A stretch of DNA of 64,000 nucleotides from an uncultured Candidatus Bathyarchaeia archaeon (GTDB taxonomy: Archaea > Thermoproteota > Bathyarchaeia > 40CM-2-53-6), in contig CAYMZN010000001.1 of NCBI GenBank assembly GCA_964394935.1, positions 55,210 to 119,209 of the forward strand, given 5' to 3'. Both the position numbers and the translations under genes were made by a program. Below the pieces are notes generated by a model. It did not search any database. It was not told where the DNA came from and was given only the letters and a program-made list of their open reading frames with translations. This document shows positions 10,083 through 20,211 of this stretch, piece after piece. Every line of letters begins with the position of its first letter. Position 1 is the first letter of the stretch.

Positions 10083-10442
10083 TCAGCAGGTCAGATGAAG
10101 AGCTGCTAGTGATCTCTTTGATTTCGACATAGCGTTGAAGAGGTCGCAGGCTTTCTTCGTTCTCTCCACCAGAATCTCGATACCTTTCTTTTGAAAATAC
10201 TCTGTCGTTTCTTTCGGAACCTTCATCATGCCCATGTAGCCCGTTCCGATGATGACAACCTCGGGCTCGAAACTCTGTAGAGCCTCCCTCATGTCTGAGA
10301 CTTGCAATGCATGTCCTTCCTCTCTCCACCAGCTCGCCTGGACTTTGTCCCCTAAGATCATTACGTCGCTTCTGTAGGTGACCCCATCGATCACAATTCG
10401 CCCAAAATCATACGATTCGATCAATCTGTCACAGCCGCCCAT
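10083..10442 (-). CDS. MTH938-like domain protein
   Basis: 119 aa with a VIIGTGYMG.MKVP pattern typical of Mth938/DUF498. Confidence 0.5.
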   Translation of the reverse strand: MGGCDRLIESYDFGRIVIDGVTYRSDVMILGDKVQASWWREEGHALQVSDMREALQSFEPEVVIIGTGYMGMMKVPKETTEYFQKKGIEILVERTKKACDLFNAMSKSKRSLAALHLTC

Positions 10443-10487
10443 GTCTCACGTCAGGAGCTACATGTGCAGCACAGTCTGGAGCAGTAA

Positions 10488-10697
10488 TTATGCGACCAAT
10501 GGCTCAATTATGGCCTTCCTGCGTTTGCGCCTCACGGAATCCACAATGGACAAGAACTCAGCCTCGTTCAGCAGGGCAATGCCGTCGTCGCAATAGCGTC
10601 CTGTTCTCCGTTCAATCTCACGATCTATCTCCTCACGTTCTTCATGGGTCGTCTCAATGCCTAGCCTGCGCAGCCATTCTCTAACTTTGATACTCAT
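10488..10697 (-). CDS. hypothetical small protein
   Basis: ORF only; lies co-directionally upstream of the MTH938-like gene. Confidence 0.2.
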   Translation of the reverse strand: MSIKVREWLRRLGIETTHEEREEIDREIERRTGRYCDDGIALLNEAEFLSIVDSVRRKRRKAIIEPLVA

Positions 10698-10861
10698 CTG
10701 CTCAATCCCTCTCCGATTTCAGACTATGGCTCAGTCCCAGCGGGCAAGACTGCGCATAGATTGTGTTTCCCTTGATGTAAACACTGCTGGAGCGTATGGG
10801 GGCTTCACAAGACGCCCGAAGACTGCTCCTCTGATCTGCTACACAGAGGTAATATGGAGCC

Positions 10862-11395
10862 TTGCCATCTTGGCTCATGGTCCGCCTCATGGAAGATTCC
10901 GACTACGAGCTAGTGGCACTGTACGGGTTCTCGGCCAAGTACCCGAAGAACGCACGTCTTGAATTTAATCGAAAATCAACTAGGAAAAAGGGCGACTTGA
11001 TCTTTCATTTGGAAGAGGGGTTCAAGGTCTTTCTTTCGTGGGGAAGCCTAGAAGAAGCGAAGAAGCGATACTCCACCGCGGCTGCGCAGGCTTCCGGCAG
11101 CGTTGAGCGTTCCGTCAAGAGCACCGGTGGGAAATTGGACGGAACTCCCGAGACCAGGAACCTGAAGATTCAGGATCACGATGCCGTCTATACCCATGCG
11201 AGGATGCTCGTCGAGCAGAGAGGCTTCCTGTTCGGTACGCGCCGCGTCACCCAAGACGCGTACGCCCTGCACGTGCACTGCGAAGATTCCGAGAGATACT
11301 ACGTCCTGTACGCCTTCGCACGGCCTGAGGTCTCTGAGGAACTAGGGAAGATCTTCCACCCCATGATGTACTCCTTGAAATGCCACACATCCTAG
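10862..11395 (+). CDS. hypothetical protein
   Basis: ORF only; no recognisable motif. Confidence 0.3.
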   Translation: MPSWLMVRLMEDSDYELVALYGFSAKYPKNARLEFNRKSTRKKGDLIFHLEEGFKVFLSWGSLEEAKKRYSTAAAQASGSVERSVKSTGGKLDGTPETRNLKIQDHDAVYTHARMLVEQRGFLFGTRRVTQDAYALHVHCEDSERYYVLYAFARPEVSEELGKIFHPMMYSLKCHTS

Positions 11396-11626
11396 CCTTC
11401 CGCTTTGTTCTTGTCAGCTTCTCGAACCATACTCCAGATCGTTTTCTCGACATTGGCGCGCAGGGTGGACGGTTTGTGACGCTACCGTAGCGGGATCGTT
11501 ATGAAAGCCCTAGTTTTGAACGCCATCTAATAGAATGCGACCTAGCAGAAGAACGACCGTACAGACAGGCAATATATTCCACATCTCACATTACCCAGTG
11601 TCACTGTTGATTCGTGAGCTTCGGTT

Positions 11627-12814
11627 ATGTGGGACAGATTGTCAACAAGATCTCTGGTTGTTTGCAACGGGGTCGTCTACACGCCATCCTCCGTGATTGA
11701 GGACGGAGCCATTTTCGTAAAAGAGGGCAAGATCGAAAAAGTTGGTTCCAGAACAGAGATTTCTGACGAAGACCTCGAAACGATAGACGCCCAAGGGCAA
11801 CTGATCTGTCCAGGTTTCATTGATCTTCAGGTGAACGGTGGGGGAGGAGCGTTTTTGACAGAGGACGGAAACTACGAGTCCGTTTGCAGAATTGCGAAAA
11901 CACATTTGTCTTTTGGAACGACGACCCTCATGCCTACCGTGATAACGGCTCATGAGAAACAAATCCGCGCAGCCCTCTCTGCAGTAGGCGATGCCGTTCG
12001 CAAAGGGACTGGAACCGCATCCATTATTGGGAGTCATCTTGAAGGGCCGTTCATCAACGAAAAGATGAAGGGCGCTCATGATGAACGTTATGTTCTCCCG
12101 CCCTCGGTTGACCAGTTTTCGTCATTCTATGAGGCCTCGCAGGGCACATTGAGACTCCTCACAATGGCGCCAGAGTTGCCGGGGAGTCTGTCCCTCATGG
12201 AACATGCAACTGCGATGGGCTTGACTGTCTCTATTGGTCACACGACAGCGACGTTCTCAGAAGTCGAGAGGGCTGTGGAGGCTGGCGCAACGATGGCGAC
12301 TCACATTTTCAACGCCATGGAAGGTCTCGGCAATCGCGAACCTGGAACCGTCGGCGCGATATTATCTATCGACAAGCTTCGAACAGGATTGATAGCAGAC
12401 GGTATTCACGTGCATCCCATGTCGATGAAAGTCTGCATTCAAGCAAAGGGTGTGGAGAAGGTATTCCTCGTTACTGACGCGATGCCCCCAGCCGGCACGT
12501 CAATGACCAGCTTCCGACTCTATGATAAGCAGATCTACGTGAAGGAAAGAGGACTGTACGACCTAGATGGCACGATTGCAGGGAGCACTTTGACGATGAA
12601 TAGGGCGGTGAAAGTCATCCAAGAACTTGTTGGTATACCACTCCAGAAAGCCATAGCCATGGCGACGATAAACCCCGCCGTCGCCGTTGGAATCGACAGT
12701 CTGAAAGGCAGCCTGCAGGCCGGAAAAGATGCGGACATGGTGATCTGTGACCCCCAACTGAACGTTTCCAAAGTATTGGTAAGAGGCAGGGTTGCTTACG
12801 ATGCTGCAAGCTAG
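11627..12814 (+). CDS. nagA: N-acetylglucosamine-6-phosphate deacetylase
   Basis: Amidohydrolase pattern GFIDLQVNGGGG, HLEGPF and other NagA hallmark segments. Confidence 0.8.
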   Translation: MWDRLSTRSLVVCNGVVYTPSSVIEDGAIFVKEGKIEKVGSRTEISDEDLETIDAQGQLICPGFIDLQVNGGGGAFLTEDGNYESVCRIAKTHLSFGTTTLMPTVITAHEKQIRAALSAVGDAVRKGTGTASIIGSHLEGPFINEKMKGAHDERYVLPPSVDQFSSFYEASQGTLRLLTMAPELPGSLSLMEHATAMGLTVSIGHTTATFSEVERAVEAGATMATHIFNAMEGLGNREPGTVGAILSIDKLRTGLIADGIHVHPMSMKVCIQAKGVEKVFLVTDAMPPAGTSMTSFRLYDKQIYVKERGLYDLDGTIAGSTLTMNRAVKVIQELVGIPLQKAIAMATINPAVAVGIDSLKGSLQAGKDADMVICDPQLNVSKVLVRGRVAYDAAS

Positions 12815-13386
12815 GTTAGCTGTCAGCAGGTGCCAGGTAAGCGGAGTTGCTTGAGTTGAGCAAGATAACGACGTGGGTTTCACTCGGTGTGACGAATTTG
12901 GCCGAGGCGCTGAGCATGACACACCCTATAGCAAGAACTAGCATCGACTGAGTGGAGGCACGCTATCCGGAATCTGTACGTACTCGTCGCTAATTGAACG
13001 CCGGAGGACTCCTGGATTTGTGAGGCTCTATGCGGTCTACATGTATTTTCAAGCTCTGATTCTGAGGGCTGTGTCCCGATGCTTGGAGGATTTCTTTCCG
13101 TGGAGCCATGTCCCGGTTTAGAATTGGGTTCAATGCTTCAGCGACCTGAACCGGTTCTTCGCTGTAGGGCGTGTTCGATCTTCCTAACGGATCAAGGATC
13201 GGACTCAGAGGTTTCCATACCGCAGAGAGCGTTGTTGGCTTCAGCACATGGAGGGCTGGCCAAGCTACTAGATGTCCTGCTCGTCCGCCTCGAACGTCGA
13301 GGCACCTTCAAGCCATCAGCGACTCTTGAACTGAGCCAAATCACAAAAGGACCGAAAGACCCATCTTAGCGTAGCGAAGCCTCCGT

Positions 13387-14319
13387 TTGGGCTCAATTAG
13401 GTTGGTGAAGACCATCTCTGAGCGTTTGTATGAAAGAGGTGTCAAAGTGATTCCTGGCGGAGTAACGAGGCCGTTCCATTTTTCGATCCGTATCCCTTCT
13501 ACGCCAAAAAAGCATACGGAAGCAAGGTTGTTGACTTCGAGGATAATGTGTACTCGGATTTCTGGATAGGTCATGGCGCTCTGGTCCTGGGCCACATGCA
13601 TCCTGCAATAGTTGGGGCCACCAAGGAACAGCTTCAGCTAGGATTTCACTTAGGAGTCTGCAACGAATGGGAAGTCAAATTCGCCGAACAGGTAGCTAAG
13701 CTGGTTCCTAGCGTAGGCATGGTAACTTTCAACAACAGCGGTACTGAAGCCAATATGCACGCCATGAAGCTGGCTGGAGCGTACACTAAGAGAGACAAGG
13801 TTGGCAAGTTTGAAGGCCATTTCCACGGAATTCTTGAGCCAGCGGTGGGCGGAGGTAATGGAGCTTATCAATCATCTTAGCCACCCAAAGAAGTCCGAGC
13901 ACGTCGTACGAGGCGGCACCTATGTCGGGAATCCTCTGGTTATGCGGGCTGGCTAGGAGGCAACAAAGGTGTACGAGAGGGCGGATTCCTACACCCACAT
14001 AGACAGGCTTGGCCGCAAGCTAATGAAAGCCCTGCAAGATGCGATCGAAGACGCACGAGCCAAAGCGCACGTAACAGGGTGTAATTCAATGGCTAAACTA
14101 CACCTTCTAAAGCATGAGATCGAGACCAAGGACTTGAAGTCATTGGTCACAAACGCGGACCGGCAAGCCGAGAGAGAATACTTCCGCCACTTGATTTCAA
14201 AGGGAATACTCGCTATGATGCCTAGTGAAGTACATTTCTACGTTTCACTAACGCATAAGGAAGAGGAAAGCCAAAGCACAGTCGCTGCGACCCAAGAGTT
14301 CCTAAAATCACTCCGCTAG
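13387..14319 (+). pseudogene. glutamate-1-semialdehyde 2,1-aminomutase (HemL-like class III aminotransferase) remnant
   Basis: N-terminus (ERLYERGVKVIPGGVTRP), residues ~30-150 (LVLGHMHPAIV...NSGTEANMHAMKLA...KFEGHFHG) and C-terminus (VRGGTYVGNP... to end) lie in three different frames. About 150 codons, including the PLP-lysine region, are missing between 13880 and 13900. An in-frame TAG sits at about 13944. Confidence 0.6.
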
Positions 14320-14584
14320 GAATAGTCGTTACCTAGCATCCCTCGAAACTCCCGTGGAACCGGACTAGAACGATGCGCCACTTCACTCGAGACTGATGTC
14401 GGCGAGCCACGAATGACAACGAAACTATAGCCTACACTCGACCACTGAGCGAAAACTGCATGTTCGAGAATGCCACGAGCTGGTGCTGACGGGCCAGGCC
14501 GTAGGGAAGTCGGATAGCCCAAACTTGTGCGGGTGGTGTTGGTCCTGACTATCCTTGCTGATTTGTGAGTAGAACGCAAGATGT

Positions 14585-15631
14585 CTAGGAATAGTTCGAT
14601 GAACGGAGGTAGACCCTGATGTCCTGGCTGAGAACTGATGGCAGGGGCAGGTCTTTCATCGTAACGAGCCCTGGCTCGGCGTTCAACACCTTAGGGATCG
14701 TGTTGACGATTACTGCCACCGTCCCAATGTCACCGTGGACTCCTCCAATGATTCTCTCGTTTACCTTTGGAACTCCCTCGATTGAGACTGCATCGTATTC
14801 TTCTTGCACGCCCGCATGTGAGACGAATTCCATTAGTATGACAGGCTTTCCGTCCTTGATTCCGTGCGCGACGCTCTTGAGCCCGGTGACACACCCTGGT
14901 TTCACAGTCGTGTACGAAGTCACCACTTGCTTCTGAGCTATGAACGGTTCCGGCGCGAACTCCTTTATTTCGTCAAGTTTCCATCCTAAGGCGGCCGCAA
15001 TCATCGCTGCTGATTCAGGGAGGCCCACGTGCCCTGTGATGGTCTTTTCACGAATCATCTTCGCAAATTCCTCGGGAGTAAGTCCGGTTCCTATCTTCTT
15101 CTGATAAGGAATTCTCCGCTTGGATGAATCCATCATTCTTGTGACTTTGATGCTATCTACGCGCAAGCATGCCCCTGTGAGAGTGATCGGCAACACATCC
15201 ATGAGGTAACCAGGATTTATGCCTGTCCCAAGAATCGTCACGCCATGTTTCTTGGCCAGTTGATCAATTTCGTTTGATACTTCTGCGTACCTGTAGTATG
15301 GATAGGCAAGTTCTTCGCATGTCGAGATGACATCGACTCCCGCTTTAGCACATAAAATCAATTGAGGATGAATATCCTTGATCGAAGATTTTGTTGCAAC
15401 AACCGCTATGTCCGCTTTCACTCTTGAAAGCAAACCCTCAGCATCACTGGTTACTGTGACACCGAGTGTCTTGCCCAGGTTGAGGACTTCACCTAGATCC
15501 TTTCCGGAAAGGTCTTTCGCAATATCGACTGCGCCGACAATCCTCATTCCCTTCTTGTCCAACATTCCTTTAGCTATGGCTACCCCCAACGGCCCGAGCC
15601 CGAAAACGACGACTTTGATCTCGTTCTCCAT
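14585..15631 (-). CDS. DapB-N-domain NAD(P)-dependent oxidoreductase (amine dehydrogenase / 2,4-diaminopentanoate dehydrogenase-like)
   Basis: N-terminal Rossmann KVVVFGLGPLG and overall length and pattern resemble the dihydrodipicolinate-reductase-like amine dehydrogenase family. Confidence 0.5.
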   Translation of the reverse strand: MENEIKVVVFGLGPLGVAIAKGMLDKKGMRIVGAVDIAKDLSGKDLGEVLNLGKTLGVTVTSDAEGLLSRVKADIAVVATKSSIKDIHPQLILCAKAGVDVISTCEELAYPYYRYAEVSNEIDQLAKKHGVTILGTGINPGYLMDVLPITLTGACLRVDSIKVTRMMDSSKRRIPYQKKIGTGLTPEEFAKMIREKTITGHVGLPESAAMIAAALGWKLDEIKEFAPEPFIAQKQVVTSYTTVKPGCVTGLKSVAHGIKDGKPVILMEFVSHAGVQEEYDAVSIEGVPKVNERIIGGVHGDIGTVAVIVNTIPKVLNAEPGLVTMKDLPLPSVLSQDIRVYLRSSNYS

Positions 15632-15847
15632 CTGTGTTCTCGCTTGGCGCGTACGCTTCTTCCTAAAGATTTAAGTCTTCGATTAGGCGGCTTCGAATTC
15701 TTGTTCATCGGACGCTCGACACCGACGCGCAGGAATCCTAGGATAGAAAAGGCATAGAGTGCTCCGTCCAAGGTTTGTCCTGTGAGACCCTTCGTCGCAG
15801 GTGGGAGAGAGAGATGTCCTGAACTATGAAGTATCTCTGAGGCTAGA

Positions 15848-16780
15848 CTAGAGTTTCCAGATCCCGAATTCTCCTACTGTCTCGGACGTTTCCACAGGGT
15901 TGTACCACCGTTTCTTCGCGCCGACGATGGATCGCATCTTCCAGCCGGAAGTCCTGCGTTCACTTTCAATGACTTCCAGGAGTCTGTCAATCTTTGACGT
16001 TATGTCGCTCTTCTCAGCTTCCTGAAGGGAAGGCGTCTCCAAGGCAGCCTTCTGCAAGCCCCTCAAGTTCGTCGTGACTGTGTACCAGAAACCCCAATCT
16101 CTTGCTAAAAGGGTCGCGATGTACCGTGCGTCGATCGACTCAGGCGCCTGCCCCTCACTCATGGCGTGAGCTCGAAGAAGGAGCAGCGTGTCCTTGAGAT
16201 CCTTCTCGCTAAAGGAGACTATCTGCAGTTTCTCCAGCAGAAGGTCTGTAAGACATATCGTTGGCAAATCCAGTTCAAGTCTGCCTCTGAAATCAATCGG
16301 ATGATTCGCGGCAAGAAGCTTGTCGAAGAATACGTCGGCATAGAACCATCCGTCTGGGTGGAAGTATATCTGGCGTTGCGTCGCCGCGGAAGACAGAGTT
16401 GTCCGCCGCTTGCGGTAGCCACTAGACTCGAAGAACTTGCGCACAGCGTCTCGGAACTTTGAGTACGACACAAAGTCGAGGTCAGTATACTCCTGCTCAC
16501 CTGGTCCGAGTCTACTCAGCCTCTTCGCAAATTCAGCGAAATTTCCGCTGTGAACACGAATCGCGACACCGCCGATCAATCTGAGCGGTATCTTGGCCTT
16601 TGACGCCTCGTCCACAATCTTCCGCCCTGCCTCGAGGAAGGCTTCCGTTGGGACGACTCCGCCCCATTCGGCGGGCATCCTGATGACTCTCTCTTCCAAG
16701 TCTCGGTGCCTGTGGGAAATCAGAGGGTTACAAACCTTAAAGCGTTGTGCGCGCGCGGTGAAAGAAATGGGAAATCCCAT
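15848..16780 (-). CDS. hypothetical protein with minimal nucleotidyltransferase-fold signature
   Basis: LIGGVAIRVHSG...YTDLDFV fits the hG[GS]x(n)DhD nucleotidyltransferase pattern. The true start is possibly the internal M (MPAEW). Confidence 0.35.
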   Translation of the reverse strand: MGFPISFTARAQRFKVCNPLISHRHRDLEERVIRMPAEWGGVVPTEAFLEAGRKIVDEASKAKIPLRLIGGVAIRVHSGNFAEFAKRLSRLGPGEQEYTDLDFVSYSKFRDAVRKFFESSGYRKRRTTLSSAATQRQIYFHPDGWFYADVFFDKLLAANHPIDFRGRLELDLPTICLTDLLLEKLQIVSFSEKDLKDTLLLLRAHAMSEGQAPESIDARYIATLLARDWGFWYTVTTNLRGLQKAALETPSLQEAEKSDITSKIDRLLEVIESERRTSGWKMRSIVGAKKRWYNPVETSETVGEFGIWKL

Positions 16781-17048
16781 TCTCGGCGCCAGCCGGATGT
16801 GAGCAGGTGGCTCTTGATCCCTTTCTCTGTGAGGTCGAGCAAGAAACCTCGGAGGGCCCCTTTCTCCGGACTCGGTACGGGGGGATGGATTCGCTCGGCC
16901 AATCCCCGCCGCTCCTTTGGACTCGTGTATGTGTATGGTCAGTTAAACCGAGAGTTATCGTCTCTTGATGCTGATCTAGTTGCGCTACCTTCTGTTCCGG
17001 ATTGATGATGACTTTGGACTTGTTGAGCGGGACTGAGCCCTGCACTGC

Positions 17049-17381
17049 CTACTCTTCTTCAAGAAGTTCTAAGCTGACTCTGACTCTCTTGCCGATAGAC
17101 ATCTTTGTGGCTTGATCTGCTGGAACCAGCCACTCCTCGATGTGAGGTCCTGAGGTGCCAGCAAACCCGGGGCCCATTATCACCGCGCCAGGGATTGTTG
17201 TCCGGAGTTGCTTGGCAATGTTCTCCGTCATCTGCTGGGCGATTCTCTCCTGTTCCGACTGCGGATATGGTCTGACTCGTTGCTCGAGCGGCTCTTCGTC
17301 GAGCCTCACTTGGACGCGAACCTTCACAGGATCCTCGCTTTGCATGATCCCAACGACGGTCCCAGTTTTCTGGACCTTCAT
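17049..17381 (-). CDS. hypothetical protein
   Basis: ORF only, co-directional between the Fae-Hps gene and the nucleotidyltransferase-like gene. Confidence 0.3.
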   Translation of the reverse strand: MKVQKTGTVVGIMQSEDPVKVRVQVRLDEEPLEQRVRPYPQSEQERIAQQMTENIAKQLRTTIPGAVIMGPGFAGTSGPHIEEWLVPADQATKMSIGKRVRVSLELLEEE

Positions 17382-17491
17382 ACTATGGCGCCGCCTCCGT
17401 CATGATGCTGGGACTCCGATATGATCTGTTCGCTTTCGAGGCCCCCTATTGAAAGCATGGCAAGGCGTGAGTTGAATGCGCGGAGCTCCTG

Positions 17492-18685
17492 CTACTCTAT
17501 ATGTACCCTAAAGAGGTCGATGTCCGGACCTAGCTGGTCCAAGAAGTCTCTGGCGGCACGGTTGACATCTCTGGACTGGGTGATATATCGTCCCACCACG
17601 ATAATGTCCGCCTGCGCCTCCAACGCTGTCTTGAGGTTGCCCGGTTCTATTCCGCCGGCAACGGCGACGAGCAGTCTTCTTTCCTTGGATGCTTTCTTGA
17701 TTTCGCGGATCAGGTCCCATCTTGTACCTCCGGCCTTTTCCTCGTCAATCCCCCTATGGATGATCACGACATGCGGCGGTTCCTTGTACCCTTCAAGCAC
17801 GCGTAGGGGATTGGAGACATCCATCATATCCACAATGGAGTAGATTCCAAGCCTCTTTGCTTCGTAGATGAATTTGTCTACAGTGTCTTTCGAGGCAAGC
17901 CCTGACGCGACGACCGCATCTGCTGTCTCTTCGAAGGCGACATCTACCTCCACTTGGCCAACGTCAAGGGTCTTCAAGTCTGAAATTATGAAAGAGTCCT
18001 TTGCGACCGATCGTAACTCGTGGACGATTCCTGCGCCGTACTTCTTGACAAGCGGGGTTCCGGCCTCGAGTATGATCCTGTCGCTCGCCGGCAGTTGTCG
18101 AATGATCTCCTTGGCCTTCTCGATGTCTGTGACATCGAGCGCGACTTGGAGATAGGGCGGGTTCCAGAGGCGGGGGACTCTGAATCCCATGATCGGGTGC
18201 GTTGCCCTGTCCTTCTCATACATGATCTTTTCAAGGCTTGGATAGTTTGTGACGGCTCTCCTCAAAGCAAGCTTTGTTGCGCCGTAGTTGTAGTGGTATA
18301 TCTTGCGGTAGTCACGGGCCTCAGGATGAATGAAAACACTACATATAATCACCCAATCGTCGACCTTGTTCTCGGGAATGATGCCCTCCTCAACGGCATC
18401 TGCAACAGCCTTGGCAACTGCCGCTTGCGCTGGACCAAAGACCTTGGCGGCGTCCTCCATTCCCTTGATAGTCACCTTGGGGACGATTAGTGTGTGAGGC
18501 TTCGGCGGTAGATTTGGCCGAATCACCGCAAGAAGCGGCGTGTGCCCGGCTGATAGGCTTGCCAGACCACTTACGAAGGCCTGGCCTACCGGCCCATTCT
18601 TGTCGCCAACTACCAGATCAATGTGTGCAATCTCGGGTTCCTTGCCGACGAGTGCCTCGCCTATGAGAAACATGCTCTCATCCAC
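17492..18685 (-). CDS. bifunctional formaldehyde-activating enzyme / 3-hexulose-6-phosphate synthase (Fae-Hps)
   Basis: N-terminal Fae pattern ([26 protein letters not shown]) fused to an OMP-decarboxylase-fold HPS domain (LQVALDV...AGGI). This is the archaeal RuMP pentose route. Confidence 0.8.
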   Translation of the reverse strand: MDESMFLIGEALVGKEPEIAHIDLVVGDKNGPVGQAFVSGLASLSAGHTPLLAVIRPNLPPKPHTLIVPKVTIKGMEDAAKVFGPAQAAVAKAVADAVEEGIIPENKVDDWVIICSVFIHPEARDYRKIYHYNYGATKLALRRAVTNYPSLEKIMYEKDRATHPIMGFRVPRLWNPPYLQVALDVTDIEKAKEIIRQLPASDRIILEAGTPLVKKYGAGIVHELRSVAKDSFIISDLKTLDVGQVEVDVAFEETADAVVASGLASKDTVDKFIYEAKRLGIYSIVDMMDVSNPLRVLEGYKEPPHVVIIHRGIDEEKAGGTRWDLIREIKKASKERRLLVAVAGGIEPGNLKTALEAQADIIVVGRYITQSRDVNRAARDFLDQLGPDIDLFRVHIE

Positions 18686-19351
18686 AGAACAGGGACTCGC
18701 TACAGCCTATGCAGCCTGTAGCCTTCTCTTAAATGACTTGTCTCGCAAGGTTCACGGCTAAGCAGCGTGTAGGAACGGTCAAAGCAATTCCTAACAAGAC
18801 AAGGCGTTTTCGCGGAGTCTAAGGAAATTATAATCTAGAGTCCAAGAACAGACGAAAGGGGAAAGAAATGAGGGGACTACTGGCCCAAGCGGGTGTATGC
18901 CGCTCAACCAGGCGTCGGTTCCACCGAGAAAGAAATCGGCGGAGCGCGAATCGAGCCCTAATGATGCCTTCAATACTTAAGGCAGTTCGGAAGGAAACGT
19001 CTGGATGATTCGTACACACGCGAGCGTGCTACGACCCACGCTTTGGATGTTCTCAAGAAACTCGAAGAACTTGGGTTGGCCCAGTAACTGCGACTCCAAG
19101 ACGGTATGAGGTCTAGCCTAGGCTCGCGATTGCCCCTTGCAAGACCCGACGGTCTTCTCCGCCAAAGCAAGGTAGGTTCCTTGAATCCTTGAGAGTATTC
19201 GCTGCCGTGGCGTCCGCCTAGACCGCGAAACCTACTTTGTGCAACAGCTGATCACCAGGAACCTGCCACGCGATGCGGCAAGCTCTCTCTCAATCGCTAG
19301 GTGTGATAGCAAGCTCGGATCACGAGGATCACAAGGCTTCTGCACGTAAGT

Positions 19352-20205
19352 TCATGTCTGCAGGGTTCCTTTGACCAGTGTCGTATCGTATCCGAGCGGT
19401 AGAAACAGATTGACAACTGACGAGATCAAGAGTTTCACGTACGCCTCTGCATCGTAGCCGATTGATTCCTCAAATAATTCGGAGGGGACAGCGCGTTTAC
19501 TTTGCATTGTTGCTCTATCAGCGGTTACTATGTAGCGAATGCTCTGCCCCGCGTGAATGTATCCTCCTTCTCTCCGTAGTTGTTGAGCAGCAACTACTTG
19601 ATGGCTGAAGCTTTTGTATTCTTCAGGTGATTTGCTCAACCTCTTCTCGAGTGTCAGCTTCTCGGCAGGGACTTCGCCGCTTCTAATCATGCGTATGTAC
19701 TTCCTTGTCACTTCAAGCGCTTGCGGGATGAGTTCGCGAAGTTCTATCGAATTCGACGCACGCGAAAGAAGGATTAGGATTTCTCTTTGACAGTCGCCGA
19801 CTATGCCTGCTGTGTCATGGCGTCTGAGATCGATCCCACGGGTCTTCATTGTTCCGTCTCGGAAGATGCCGTAGTATCTATTCAGCACAGGGATGCGAGG
19901 GTTGGTCCTGGAATTTAGGAAGACTATCCATTTGTAGATTCCTTCGAAACTTATCGGCAGGTCTAGTTCCGTTTCGATCTCGCGGCATAAGTTATGGTAT
20001 TCTTGTTCTGATGCGTTCTCTTTTCTGAGCCAGAGCGAGTCCACTATCCCGTGGATGACGTGGAAGCCTCTTGATTCAGCGATGGCACTTGCCCTTTGGA
20101 GAGCTTCCCGTGCGTAGGCGCAGGTTGCGATGTGTGCATCGATCTTGCCAAACCGCGCGTTCTTGAACCCAAGGTAGCCGACTGCTCGGTTTCGATTTAC
20201 TCATC
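19352..20205 (-). CDS. family-B DNA polymerase homolog (inactivated), C-terminal fragment after frameshift
   Basis: The frame is open upstream of the annotated GTG with no start codon and reads NRNRAVGYLGF (motif B-like), then GFHVIHGIVDS where YGDTDS (motif C) is expected, then KTRGIDLRRHD (the KxxGxxxxRRD region). Confidence 0.65.
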
Positions 20206-20211
20206 GAGCAC

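Noticed and set aside
12815-13386. Possible additional gene between nagA and the hemL remnant
   Set aside because: Only short ORFs without recognisable similarity are present. It is likely decayed or non-coding sequence that I cannot characterise.
13940-13948. In-frame TAG in the hemL-like sequence as possible pyrrolysine
   Set aside because: The gene also has frameshifts and a large deletion, and no Pyl machinery or PYLIS-like context is visible. A simple nonsense mutation in a pseudogene is more parsimonious.
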